A stretch of DNA of 64,000 nt from Clostridia bacterium. Its GTDB lineage: Bacteria > Bacillota > Clostridia > UBA1212 > UBA1255. A program made the position numbers and the translations under genes. The notes under the pieces are model-generated. The model saw nothing but the letters and a program-made list of their open reading frames with translations, made no database searches and was not told where the DNA came from. The stretch spans positions 137,344 to 201,343 of the forward strand of contig JAEFAM010000001.1 of NCBI GenBank assembly GCA_016287565.1. The letters are read 5' to 3'. Shown here piece by piece: positions 24,531 to 34,145 of the stretch. Numbering within the stretch: the first letter of the stretch is position 1; every line of letters begins with the position of its first letter.

Positions 24531-26378
24531 ATGAAGAAAAGAACGCGCATAACAGTATTGACGCTCGCACTGGCGCTGGCCGCGGCGATATTGACCGGGC
24601 TCAGTTCCTGCGGAAAAACGGGCGGTGACGGAGATCCCAACCGGTTGTCGCGGGAGGACCAGGCGAGGGCGGAAAAACTGTTGTCCTCGGTGAGCGTGTC
24701 GGAGGTCCCGGCCATCAAAAACGAGAAGGTCGCCGCGGCGCAGGAGGATCCGGACATTTCGGTGTGGTTCGACCATTCGTTCCGCAACACGCCGGCGGAG
24801 GACGTGACGCCCACAGATTTCGACGCGTACCAGATCAAGCTGGCGAAAAACGAGATCGAGGGGTGCCACTTTATTGTCGCCTCGAAAACGGCGAAAACCG
24901 ATATTTCGCTCTCGGTATCGCCATTCATTGACGCTGCGGGGCACGTTCTGGACTGCGAGGTGTGCTACGGCTGGTATTTCGAGGGCGTCGAGGGCAAGAC
25001 CGTCGCAGATCCGATCCCGGTGCTGGAGCACAGCTTCGATCTGGCCGCCGGACGCAGCCAGATGTTTATTATCAAGGTCAAATCTACCGCCGAAACGAAC
25101 GCGGGTCAATATTCTGCCGTGGTGACGTTGACGGACGGCGCGGGCAAGGAGCTGAAAAAGGCCAACGTTTATGCATTCGTATGGGATTTTGCCCTTCCCG
25201 CCGCCTCCAGCTGCAAGACGCTCAGCGACCTCAACGAATGGAGCGTGATCGTGGGCGCCAACCGCGAAGAGACCACCGTTGACGGTCTCGAAGACGATCT
25301 TTACGCGCTTTATTACGAATATTTGCTGGAAAATAAGATAAATTGCTACACTTTGCCCTACGCGAAACGGGGCCAGTTTTGGGACGAGCGGGTGGAGCAG
25401 TACCTGGACGACCCGCGGCTGACGGCGTACACGCTGTGCTGGAAGATCCATCCGGAAGCCACTGCCAGCGACGACAACCTGAAAGCGTACCTCCAGGCGG
25501 CCTACGACCGGGTCTCGAAGAAGCAGGAGTGGCTGGACAAGGCATATTTTTACCCCAACGAGGGGGACGAACCGCTCACGCAGGCGACTCTGGACCTCAT
25601 AAAAAAGTACGATTCCATGTACACTGCCGTTTTCGGCAGCCACAAACTGATAATTCCCGTTCATTACGACACGGTACTGCCCTCCGGCGACGATTTCTTC
25701 CGCTATTTGGAGGATGCGGTCAACGTCTGGTGCCCGAAAACCTACTTTTTTAACACCGCGGCGGACAAAAAATACAACGATCAGCTCTACACGGAGTTCT
25801 ACGGACCCGAAATGGAGAGCAATTTCGGCCTGTTCAAAGACCGGATGGCCGCGGCCCGGGCGGACGGCGACGAAGTGTGGTGGTACGTCACCCGCTTCCC
25901 CCACGACCCCGAGATCACGTTGTCCATCAGCGACGAATCCGTGAAGCACCGCCTGCTGTTCTGGCAGCAAAAGCTGTACAACGTTGACGGATTTTTGTAT
26001 TACATGGTCAACGACTGGGAAAATGCCAAACAATGGACGAAAAAGTATGAGAGCGACGTCATGGGGACGACGGTCAACACCTACGGCAACGGCGTGCTGA
26101 TCTACCCGGGCGGGGCGCTTCAGGAATATATCGACAAGTACGGGAGCGACGGCTACCCGGGCCCCATCGGTTCGCTCAGGCTGGAGTCGGTGCGCGACGG
26201 GGTGGAAGATTACGATTATTTCACGATCCTCGATCAGCTTTACGGCGAAGGAACGTCAACCCTGCTGATCAGGCAGATCACCACGTCGCTGGGCTCTTAC
26301 AGCACGGACACGGAACTGTTCGACAGGCTGAGGACGGCGGCGGGGGACCTGATAGCGAAAAAGACTGCGCGAAACTGA
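24531..26378 (+). CDS. Lipoprotein with a DUF4091-like putative glycoside-hydrolase domain.
   Basis: Lipobox LTGLSSCG. 615 aa. VWDFALP and other blocks recalled as DUF4091-like. Assignment is from memory and is moderate. Confidence 0.7.
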   Translation: MKKRTRITVLTLALALAAAILTGLSSCGKTGGDGDPNRLSREDQARAEKLLSSVSVSEVPAIKNEKVAAAQEDPDISVWFDHSFRNTPAEDVTPTDFDAYQIKLAKNEIEGCHFIVASKTAKTDISLSVSPFIDAAGHVLDCEVCYGWYFEGVEGKTVADPIPVLEHSFDLAAGRSQMFIIKVKSTAETNAGQYSAVVTLTDGAGKELKKANVYAFVWDFALPAASSCKTLSDLNEWSVIVGANREETTVDGLEDDLYALYYEYLLENKINCYTLPYAKRGQFWDERVEQYLDDPRLTAYTLCWKIHPEATASDDNLKAYLQAAYDRVSKKQEWLDKAYFYPNEGDEPLTQATLDLIKKYDSMYTAVFGSHKLIIPVHYDTVLPSGDDFFRYLEDAVNVWCPKTYFFNTAADKKYNDQLYTEFYGPEMESNFGLFKDRMAAARADGDEVWWYVTRFPHDPEITLSISDESVKHRLLFWQQKLYNVDGFLYYMVNDWENAKQWTKKYESDVMGTTVNTYGNGVLIYPGGALQEYIDKYGSDGYPGPIGSLRLESVRDGVEDYDYFTILDQLYGEGTSTLLIRQITTSLGSYSTDTELFDRLRTAAGDLIAKKTARN

Positions 26379-26441
26379 AGTCTGTCACCCGTTCGAGAAC
26401 CGTTTGACGGCACGAAACTGAAGTCTGTCCCTCGTTCGGGG
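26378..26441 (-). repeat. Dispersed repeat element E7 (A-, B-, A-), starting at the stop codon of the upstream CDS.
   Basis: GAAGTCTGTCACCCGTTCG AGAACCGTTTGACGGCACGAA ACTGAAGTCTGTCCCTCGTTCGGGG. Confidence 0.8.
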
Positions 26442-26463
26442 GGCGTCAAGGAGGTCGGTTTTT

Positions 26464-27234
26464 ATGAAAATTGGTGTTTGCTGCAGTCCGGAGATGGCCG
26501 GCAGAGCGGCGGCCGCAGGCGCGGAGTATATTGAGCCGGCAATGGCGGCGATGCGCGGGAAGACCGACGCGGAGCTCCTGGAATACAGAAAAACGGCCGA
26601 AGAAGCCGGGATAGCAGTTGACGGATTCAACTGCTTCTTCGGAGGCGGAATATCGCTCTACAACGACCCGGAAGAAGTTGTGCGCGCTTATATCGAGCGA
26701 AATTGCGAGATTGGGCGCATCCTGGGCGGCAAATATTGCGTTGTGGGAAGCGGCGGACTCCGAAGGATCCCCGACGGCGCGGACCGGAAGGCCTGCGAGG
26801 CGAAATTCATCGAGATCGCGGACTGCATCGGCACCGTGGCGGCCGGGTACGGGCTGGAGATATATCTGGAACCGCTTTCCAGGGCCGAGACGAACCTTAT
26901 GAACACGGTCAGGGAAGGGCTGGCTTTCGCCGAGGCGGTGGGCAATCCCAACGTGGGCATAGTGGTGGATTTCTTCCATTTCTTTGTCAACGGAGAGCCT
27001 CTTTCCGATCTGGATCAGCTGCGTCAAGGCCAGCCGGGGCACGTGCATATTGCCCGGCCCGATCCGGACCGCAGAGCGCCGACGGCGAAAGACGTTGACG
27101 CAATGAAAGTATGGAGCGAAAAATTGAAAAAAGCGGGATACGACGGCAGGATCTCTCTCGAATGCACCTGGGGCAAAGACCCCGCGGCCGAGTGGATGGA
27201 AGCCGTTCCGCTGGTGCGGAAATTATTCTCGTAA
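26464..27234 (+). CDS. Sugar phosphate isomerase/epimerase (xylose-isomerase-like TIM barrel).
   Basis: MKIGVCCSP...YLEPLSRAETNLMNT...VGIVVDFFHF pattern. RBS AAGGAGG. Confidence 0.8.
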   Translation: MKIGVCCSPEMAGRAAAAGAEYIEPAMAAMRGKTDAELLEYRKTAEEAGIAVDGFNCFFGGGISLYNDPEEVVRAYIERNCEIGRILGGKYCVVGSGGLRRIPDGADRKACEAKFIEIADCIGTVAAGYGLEIYLEPLSRAETNLMNTVREGLAFAEAVGNPNVGIVVDFFHFFVNGEPLSDLDQLRQGQPGHVHIARPDPDRRAPTAKDVDAMKVWSEKLKKAGYDGRISLECTWGKDPAAEWMEAVPLVRKLFS

Positions 27235-27355
27235 AAGCCGAGAAAATTGACCGGACCGCAGCGGCGAAAATTGCCCGAACGGAAACGATTAAACGATTTT
27301 ATAATTAAACAATTGAACGATCAAACGATCAATTAATTAAACAGGAGTGAAAACG

Positions 27356-28525
27356 ATGGCAGTATTGACGCCCGACGACACAGTAAGAGAAAATTTGCTA
27401 AACGTTACCGGATATGAAGTGCTCGGCAAGCTTCCGGATCCCTTCGTCATGGACGACGGGCGGCGCATCAGCGACCCTTCCGAATGGGAAGCCCGCCGCG
27501 CCGAAATCTACCGCACCGCTGTGGAACTGCAGTACGGCCATCAGTTCCCTGAGCCGGAGTTCGTGGACGTCGAGCTGATCTGTTATTCGCACGTAATAAC
27601 GTACCTAATCCACACCGGCACACGGGAAAATCCGTTGACCTTCCGCATGCAGCTCATAAAGCCGGACACGAAAGAAGAAAAATTTCCCGTGATCGTTGAC
27701 GGAGATATGTGCTGGCGCTACCACATGGACAAAGAATTCCTGAATGCGGCGCTGGACAAGGGCATCGGCTGGGCGATATTCGACCGCACCGAGCTTGCCC
27801 ACGACGTCAACAACGAGGGAAGGGGCAAGGGCGCGATCTACAAGACTTATCCCGATTGCGACTCCGGCGCGCTGGGCGCCTGGGCCTGGGGCTACTCGCG
27901 AGTTGTCGACGCCCTTGAAAAACTGAGATTGCCCATCGATCTCGACTGGATCGCTTTCACCGGACACTCCCGGGGCGGCAAGACAGCCGCGCTGGCCGGA
28001 GCGCTTGACAGACGCGCACGCATCGTCAACCCCAACGAGACCTGCGCCGGTGCCTGCGGCTGTTACCGCATCCATATGAAAGGCTTCTGCGAAGGGTATC
28101 CCGAGCAGCGCAGCGAGACGCTGAACGACATCTACCACATGTTCCCGTTCTGGTTCGGCACCGGAATGGAAAAATATATGACCTGCGAAGATCAATTGCC
28201 CTTCGACACCCACTATCTCAAAGCGATGGTGGCGCCCCGCACGCTGTTCGTCTCCGAAGCCTCCGCGGACATCTGGTCAAACCCCATCGGTTCCTACCAG
28301 ACGACGGTGGCAGCGGGAGAGGTCTTCAAGTTTCTGGGCGTCCCGGACAATCTTTTCTGGTATTTCAGGCCAGGTTCCCACGCTCACGCGCTCTCCGACG
28401 TCAGAATGCTGGTCAATTTGATCAGGCACCAGCGGAACGGCGAGGAATTGAGCGACCATATGTTCAAGCTTCCTTTCGCAGCGCCTGAAAAAATATACGA
28501 CTGGAAAGCTCCCGGGACCGTTTAA
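27356..28525 (+). CDS. Alpha/beta-hydrolase carbohydrate esterase (CE15 glucuronoyl-esterase-like or CE7-like).
   Basis: GHSRGGKTAALAGA nucleophile-elbow motif, intermediate between CE15 GCSRxG and CE7 GxSQGG. RBS AGGAGTG. Confidence 0.65.
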   Translation: MAVLTPDDTVRENLLNVTGYEVLGKLPDPFVMDDGRRISDPSEWEARRAEIYRTAVELQYGHQFPEPEFVDVELICYSHVITYLIHTGTRENPLTFRMQLIKPDTKEEKFPVIVDGDMCWRYHMDKEFLNAALDKGIGWAIFDRTELAHDVNNEGRGKGAIYKTYPDCDSGALGAWAWGYSRVVDALEKLRLPIDLDWIAFTGHSRGGKTAALAGALDRRARIVNPNETCAGACGCYRIHMKGFCEGYPEQRSETLNDIYHMFPFWFGTGMEKYMTCEDQLPFDTHYLKAMVAPRTLFVSEASADIWSNPIGSYQTTVAAGEVFKFLGVPDNLFWYFRPGSHAHALSDVRMLVNLIRHQRNGEELSDHMFKLPFAAPEKIYDWKAPGTV

Positions 28526-28549
28526 GCCGTCGGGAATTATTTCAAAAAC

Positions 28550-28660
28550 CGCGGGAAATATTACGAAAATCATATATTTCCCGGGAAATAGCATCAACCG
28601 CCACGTATTATTACCCGGGAAATATCCCGAACGTTCCGAATTTTCCCGGGGAATAACGAG
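28550..28660. repeat. Cluster of TTTCCCGGGAAA-type palindromes (GGGAAATATTAC, ATATTTCCCGGGAAATAG, TTACCCGGGAAATATC, TTTTCCCGGGGAATAAC) upstream of the metal ABC transporter operon.
   Basis: Read directly. The same motifs recur at 38443-38560. Confidence 0.6.
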
Positions 28661-28685
28661 TTAACAAACGAAAAGAGGTGCCGCC

Positions 28686-29456
28686 TTGGCCCTGATAGAA
28701 TGCGTAAACCTTACGCTGGCATACGAAAAAAACATTGTCCTGGAAAATCTTACCTTTCAGGTAAATTCCGGCGATTATCTTTGCATAATCGGTGAAAACG
28801 GTTCCGGAAAGACCACGCTCATGAAAGCCATACTGGGGCTGAAAGCGCCCCTGAAAGGCGATATCGTGCTGGGCGACGGACTCCGCCGCAATGAGATCGG
28901 ATATCTCCCGCAGCAGACGGGAGTTCAGAAAGATTTCCCGGCTTCGGTCACCGAAGTGGTGTTGTCCGGCTGCCTTAACCGGTCCGGCCTGGTGCCATTC
29001 TACACAAAAGCCCAGAAGCAGCGGGCCCTGGACAATATGGCCAAATTGAACGTCACGTCCCTCAAAAACGCCTGCTACCGGGAATTGTCCGGCGGACAGC
29101 AGCAGAGGGTGCTCATTGCCCGCGCCCTGTGCGCCACCGGAAAGCTCCTGTTGCTTGACGAGCCCGTGACCGGCCTTGACCCGGACGCCAGCGCCGAACT
29201 TTACGAGCTCATCGACCACCTGAACAGGGCCCACGGCATCACGGTCATAATGATAACCCATGACACCGCCGCGGCGCTTCCGCGCTGCACCCACGTGCTT
29301 CACCTGCACAAGGATATGAATTTCTTCGGAAAAAGGGAAGATTACGGAAAATGCAGCGTCTGCGCCGTTGCCCTGGACGAAGAGGGCCATCTGGCAACAC
29401 CCGGAGGAAAGGAGCGCGTGCACCATGAATGCTGCGATAATCACAGACATTTTTAA
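28686..29456 (+). CDS. Metal (Zn/Mn-type) ABC transporter ATP-binding protein, ZnuC-like. Apparent TTG start. Cys/His-rich C-terminal tail.
   Basis: Walker A GENGSGKTT, signature LSGGQQQRV, Walker B LLLDEP. Tail CSVCAVALDEEGH...HHECCDNHRHF. RBS AAAGAGGTG is 8 nt before the TTG. Confidence 0.8.
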   Translation: MALIECVNLTLAYEKNIVLENLTFQVNSGDYLCIIGENGSGKTTLMKAILGLKAPLKGDIVLGDGLRRNEIGYLPQQTGVQKDFPASVTEVVLSGCLNRSGLVPFYTKAQKQRALDNMAKLNVTSLKNACYRELSGGQQQRVLIARALCATGKLLLLDEPVTGLDPDASAELYELIDHLNRAHGITVIMITHDTAAALPRCTHVLHLHKDMNFFGKREDYGKCSVCAVALDEEGHLATPGGKERVHHECCDNHRHF

Positions 29457-30321
29457 AACGGTATTCAGTTACGGCTTCGTTTTCCGGGCAATGCTGGTGG
29501 GCGTCCTGATCTCGGTCTGCGCGGCGCTGCTCGGCGTCAGCCTGGTGCTCAGGCGCTGCTCCATGATCGGAGACGGGCTGTCCCACGTAGGCTTCGGAGC
29601 GCTGGCGGTCGCCGCGGCGCTGGGGGCCGCTCAATTGTGGGTGGCGCTACCGGTGGTCGTGGTGGTGGCTTTCCTCATAATAAGGCTGGGAGACGATTCC
29701 AAGCTCAGCAGCGATTCGGCCATTGCCCTGCTTTCCAGCGGCGTCCTTGCCCTGGGCGTCATGATCGTGTCGCTCACCGGCTCCAACACTAACCTCAGCG
29801 ACTTCCTGTTCGGATCGGTTTTTGCCCTCGGGGAAGCCGACGCGATCCTCAGCCTGGTGCTTTCCGTCATCGTACTGGCGCTTTTCGTGCTGTTCTACAA
29901 CAAGATCTTCGCAGTGACTTTCGATGCCGCGTTCGCCCGGGCGACCGGTACCCGCGAAGGTTTTTACAATACTTTCATCGCGCTGCTCACCGCCGTAACC
30001 GTGGTGGTCGGTATGCGTCTCGTTGGCGCCCTGCTCGTGACGAGCCTGATAATTTTCCCGCCGCTCACGGCAATGAGGGTCTGCAAGAAATTCCGCTCCG
30101 TGGTGATCTGCTCCGGCGTGCTGTCCGCGCTCAGCTTCGTCATCGGAATGATGATCTCCCTGGGCGTGCGCTCCGCTCCCGTGGGCGCCAGCGTCGTGCT
30201 GGTCAACGTGGTGTTTTTCCTGCTTTTCCTCTGCGCAGGGAAGGTCAGGTCAATGATCCGTACCCGGACCGACGGGGGCCGGGATGGTACGGATCCGCAG
30301 CCGGGGGACCGGGGACAATGA
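29425..30321 (+). CDS. Metal ABC transporter permease (ZnuB/MntB-like).
   Basis: MNAAIITDIFKTVFSYGFVFRAMLVGVLISV... polytopic ABC-3 permease pattern. Overlaps the znuC-like stop. Confidence 0.8.
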   Translation: MNAAIITDIFKTVFSYGFVFRAMLVGVLISVCAALLGVSLVLRRCSMIGDGLSHVGFGALAVAAALGAAQLWVALPVVVVVAFLIIRLGDDSKLSSDSAIALLSSGVLALGVMIVSLTGSNTNLSDFLFGSVFALGEADAILSLVLSVIVLALFVLFYNKIFAVTFDAAFARATGTREGFYNTFIALLTAVTVVVGMRLVGALLVTSLIIFPPLTAMRVCKKFRSVVICSGVLSALSFVIGMMISLGVRSAPVGASVVLVNVVFFLLFLCAGKVRSMIRTRTDGGRDGTDPQPGDRGQ

Positions 30322-31457
30322 CCGTTTCAACGGCCGTCCCGCCGGGCGCCCCTGCCGGAGAGGCGTCGTGTGCCCCGTCCGGCGCCCCGTCCTGCGCCCC
30401 GGCCGCCGCTGTTGCTCCTTCTTTCGGTCAACGCCTGAAGGCGGAATTCGGCCGGAAAGTTTACAAATTGTCCCTGGATATCGGCTGCACCTGCCCCACC
30501 CGCGACGGCACCAAAGGCACGCGCGGCTGCATTTTCTGCTCTCAGGCCGGCAGCGGCGACTTCGCCGTACGGTTCACCGGCAAACAGGAAGAACTTGACC
30601 TGGCCAAATCCCGTCTCAAAGGCAAGATCGACACGGACAATGCCGGTTTTATCGCTTATTTTCAAAATTTCACCAACACGTACGCTCCCGTTACGTACCT
30701 GGAGACGCTTTTCACCGCCGCGCTGAAAGACCCGTCGGTTGTGGCGTTGTCGATCGCCACGCGGCCCGACTGCCTCGGGAGCGACGTCATCGAAATGATC
30801 CGACGGCTGTGCCTGCGGACAACCATTTTCGTGGAGCTTGGCCTTCAGACCATCCATCCTGCCACCGCGGCTTTCATCCGCCGCGGCTTCGACCTGCGCG
30901 AGTACGACGATGCGGTGGTCGCGCTTCACGGCGCCGGCGCCAGGGTGGTGACCCACCTGATATTCGGGCTGCCTTATCCGGTTGCCGGACGCAAGTCTGT
31001 CCGAGAACCGTTTGACGGCACGAATTTTGGAAAAAACAAAATTCTTACCCGTCTAAACGGCTTCTCGCTGGTTCCGAACAAGGAAAGGAAGCAGGAACTA
31101 AGGCCTGTTATTTGTTCGGCTGAAACGGAACTGGCCCTCGAGTCGAGGGAAATGATGCTGGGATCGGTAAGATACGTTGTCCGCGCCGGAACGGACGGAG
31201 TGAAATTTCAGCTGCTCCACGTACTTAAAGGGACGGACCTGGCGGACCTGTACCTGCGAGGCGCGTTCAGAACGTTGACCTTCGACGAATACAAGGAAAT
31301 AATAAAAGAGGCAGCCGAGCTGCTGCCTCCCGAAATCGCCATTCACCGCCTCACCGGCGACCCGCCGCGAAAACTGCTGATCGCGCCACAATGGTGCACC
31401 GACAAAAAGCGGGTATTGAACGAGATCAATCGAAAAATTCTTCGTAAAGCGCCTTGA
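30318..31457 (+). CDS. TIGR01212-family radical SAM protein (YhcC-like), carrying an about 36-aa in-frame insertion encoded by a composite repeat element.
   Basis: GCTCPTRDGTKGTRGCIFCSQ radical-SAM Cys motif typical of TIGR01212. 379 aa against about 310 aa typical. The inserted segment VAGRKSVREPFDGTNFGKNKILTRLNGFSLVPNKERKQ maps onto repeat modules A-, B-, C. Confidence 0.8.
   Translation: MTVSTAVPPGAPAGEASCAPSGAPSCAPAAAVAPSFGQRLKAEFGRKVYKLSLDIGCTCPTRDGTKGTRGCIFCSQAGSGDFAVRFTGKQEELDLAKSRLKGKIDTDNAGFIAYFQNFTNTYAPVTYLETLFTAALKDPSVVALSIATRPDCLGSDVIEMIRRLCLRTTIFVELGLQTIHPATAAFIRRGFDLREYDDAVVALHGAGARVVTHLIFGLPYPVAGRKSVREPFDGTNFGKNKILTRLNGFSLVPNKERKQELRPVICSAETELALESREMMLGSVRYVVRAGTDGVKFQLLHVLKGTDLADLYLRGAFRTLTFDEYKEIIKEAAELLPPEIAIHRLTGDPPRKLLIAPQWCTDKKRVLNEINRKILRKAP
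30986..31091 (-). repeat. Composite repeat element E8 (A-, B-, C, D-like) lying entirely inside the radical SAM CDS, in-frame.
   Basis: CGGACGCAAGTCTGTCCGAG AACCGTTTGACGGCACGAA TTTTGGAAAAAACAAAATTCTTACCCGTCTAAACGGCTTCTCG ...AACAAGGAAAGG. Confidence 0.8.
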
Positions 31458-32781
31458 CCGCCGGCTTGGCGTCCGCATCCTCCACGCCGAACATGATGCT
31501 GACCTCGCTGGAGCCCTGGTTGATCATATTGATATTGATCCCGGCCCGGTTGAACGCCTCGGCCGCTCTTGCCGCGATACCGACAGATTTGGTCATGCCG
31601 CGTCCCACCAGCATCACGATGGCCTGATTATGGACAACGTTGACGGAATTCACGTTCAGCGTGGCCCGGATCTTTTCAGTGACCCGGTCCAGCTTGTCTT
31701 TCGGGCAATTACTTTCGCGTATTATCACGGAAATGCTGTCGATGCCGGAAGGCGTGTGCTCGTAGGAGATGCCCTCTTCTTCGAGGATCTGCAGCAGCCT
31801 GCGTCCGAAACCGATCTCGCGGTTCATCATGTATTTGTAAACGTGGATGGTCAGGAAGCCCTTGTCCGCCGCGATGCCTACCACGGGGAAGGTGGATTTG
31901 GGAGCTTTGTCGTCGGCCACTATAAAGGTGCCGGGAGCGTCCGGGTTGTTGGTGTTGCGGATGTTGACCGGGATCCCCAGGCTGTAGACCGGAGCCAGCG
32001 CCTCTTCGTGGAGCACGCTGAAGCCGCCGTAGGAAAGTTCCCGCATCTCCTCGTATGTGAACAGCGGGATGGGGAAGGGTTTGTCAACGATGTGCGGATT
32101 TGCGGCGTAAACGAAGTCCACGTCGGTGAAGTTTTCGTAAACGTCCGCGTTCAGCGCTGCGGCAAGTATTCCGCCGGTCACGTCGGAACCGCCCCGGGAG
32201 AAGGTCACCACGTCGCCGTCTTTAGAGTATCCGAAGAAGCCGGGAAAAATGATCAGAGTCTTTTTCTCCAGCAGCTTTTTCAGCAGAGCGTATGATTCGG
32301 GAAGCACCTGGGCGTTGCCGAACTCGGTGGTGAGGTAAAGCCCCGCGTCCTTGGGATTCACGTATTCCGCGTTCTGGCCGCGGCTCTTAAGGTACGCCGC
32401 CATCAGCTTGGCGGAATTGTCCTCGCCCGCCGCCTTCATAGAGTCGAGAAATTTGGGATACTCCTCGTTCCTGTTGGCGATGCGGCTTATGATGTCCGCG
32501 CGGATCGTGAAAACGATTGACCGGTCAAGTTTCAGGTCCTTGGCGATCGATTCGTACCGCGACACAACTTCGTCGATGCCCTCGCCGATGTCGCCGCCGT
32601 CTCTCACGGTTTCCGCCAGAGATATGAGCATATCCGTCACTTTAGTGTCGTTCTCGCCGCGCTTGCCGGGGGCGGAGACCACCACCACTCTGCGCTCGGG
32701 GTCGGATATCACGATGTTGGCAACTTTTTTGAACTGCTTGGCGTCCGCCATGGAACTGCCGCCGAATTTGATGACTTTCAT
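31426..32781 (-). CDS. lysC: Aspartate kinase.
   Basis: MKVIKFGGSSMADAKQFKKV... full-length aspartokinase with C-terminal ACT domains. 3' end overlaps the radical SAM gene by 32 bp (convergent). Confidence 0.9.
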   Translation of the reverse strand: MKVIKFGGSSMADAKQFKKVANIVISDPERRVVVVSAPGKRGENDTKVTDMLISLAETVRDGGDIGEGIDEVVSRYESIAKDLKLDRSIVFTIRADIISRIANRNEEYPKFLDSMKAAGEDNSAKLMAAYLKSRGQNAEYVNPKDAGLYLTTEFGNAQVLPESYALLKKLLEKKTLIIFPGFFGYSKDGDVVTFSRGGSDVTGGILAAALNADVYENFTDVDFVYAANPHIVDKPFPIPLFTYEEMRELSYGGFSVLHEEALAPVYSLGIPVNIRNTNNPDAPGTFIVADDKAPKSTFPVVGIAADKGFLTIHVYKYMMNREIGFGRRLLQILEEEGISYEHTPSGIDSISVIIRESNCPKDKLDRVTEKIRATLNVNSVNVVHNQAIVMLVGRGMTKSVGIAARAAEAFNRAGININMINQGSSEVSIMFGVEDADAKPAVKALYEEFFD

Positions 32782-32883
32782 ACGTTTTTTCTCCTGTGAC
32801 CGGCACCCTTCGCGGTACCTGTTGTTTTAATTCCTGCTGCGCCTCGATGCCTGCTGCGCCGCCTTGCGCCGCGCCCCGGAAAC

Positions 32884-34140
32884 TCAGTCCAGCACTTTCA
32901 GCGTCAGTTTCAGCTTCGCGCCAAGCGCTGCGAGCGCCTCGATCTTCTCAGGCAGCTCCTCCGGAAGGTATGCCGGAGTGATGACGCCGCCGGTGGATTC
33001 CAGATTGATCTCTTCCCAGGGATCCCGCTCGTCTTTAGAGTAGAGGCAAAGCGTATCCTCGCCGAAAATGTCGATCAGCGTGCCGGCGGACAACTGCCTG
33101 AACGACCTGAATCTCAGATAGTAGCGGGTGGGCCGGTCGTCGGGGGCAACTACCGCTTTTTTGTCGACGAATTCCGGCAACGACGGCAGGCGGGGAGTTC
33201 CCAAAAGCTCCACGATGTCGCCCACGACGGCGCTGGCGGTGGCTTCCTTGCCGGCGCCCTGGCCGTAAAACAGCGAATCGCCCGTGAAATTGCCCTTCGT
33301 CAGGATGGCGTTGTACACGGAATTGACGTCGGACAGCAGGTGGCCCTTGCGCACCAGCTTGGGCTCAACGCTGATATACACTTTTCCGTCCTCGAACCGG
33401 CTGCCCGCGATAAGCTTCAGGGTAAAACCGGCCTTGTCCGCCAGTTCGTGGTCCACAAGGGCAACGTTCCTTATGCCCATGCAGGGCACGTCCCGGTAAT
33501 CCACGAAGGCACCGTATGCGATGGAGGACAATATGGCTATCTTCCTGGCGGCGTCGTATCCGTCAACGTCGGCGGAGGGATCCGCTTCGGCGTAGCCCTT
33601 CTTCTGTGCCCTGGCCAGCATCTCGTCGAAAGAAGCGTGCCTGCGGTACATTCCCGTCAGCATATAGTTGGTGGTGCCGTTCAGGATGCCCTGGATCTCG
33701 GTGATGTCGTTGGCGAACAGGCAGATGTTCAACGGCCTGATGATGGGGATGCCGCCTCCCACGCTGGCCTCGTACATGAAGCGCCTGTCCTTCGAGAAAG
33801 CCAGTTTTTCCAGCTCCGGACCGTACGCCGCCACCACCGCTTTGTTGGAAGTGACCACGTGCCGTCCCGCTTTCAGCGCCCGGAAACAGTAATCCGCCGC
33901 CAGGTCGAGGCCGCCGATGGTGATGACAACCACTTCCACTTCCGGATCCGCCAGGATGCTGTCAAGGCTTTCCGCTTTATACTCTGCGTAGGGCGTTCCC
34001 GTCAGGTCGCGTATGTCAAGCACGTACGCCAGACCCACCTCGCGGGCGGCCCTTCTGCTAAGCTTTTCTTTCTGGTATATCAGGGCGTCGCACACGCCCG
34101 ATCCTACGACTCCGCAGCCGCACACAGCGATCTTATACAT
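32884..34140 (-). CDS. hom: Homoserine dehydrogenase.
   Basis: MYKIAVCGCGVVGSGV... NAD-binding N-terminus, catalytic and ACT domains. 418 aa. Confidence 0.9.
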   Translation of the reverse strand: MYKIAVCGCGVVGSGVCDALIYQKEKLSRRAAREVGLAYVLDIRDLTGTPYAEYKAESLDSILADPEVEVVVITIGGLDLAADYCFRALKAGRHVVTSNKAVVAAYGPELEKLAFSKDRRFMYEASVGGGIPIIRPLNICLFANDITEIQGILNGTTNYMLTGMYRRHASFDEMLARAQKKGYAEADPSADVDGYDAARKIAILSSIAYGAFVDYRDVPCMGIRNVALVDHELADKAGFTLKLIAGSRFEDGKVYISVEPKLVRKGHLLSDVNSVYNAILTKGNFTGDSLFYGQGAGKEATASAVVGDIVELLGTPRLPSLPEFVDKKAVVAPDDRPTRYYLRFRSFRQLSAGTLIDIFGEDTLCLYSKDERDPWEEINLESTGGVITPAYLPEELPEKIEALAALGAKLKLTLKVLD

Positions 34141-34145
34141 ATATT

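Noticed and set aside
32782-32883. Lysine riboswitch or T-box leader upstream of lysC.
   Set aside because: The intergenic space is only about 100 nt, too short for an L-box. lysC appears to be the last gene of a thrC-hom-lysC operon instead.
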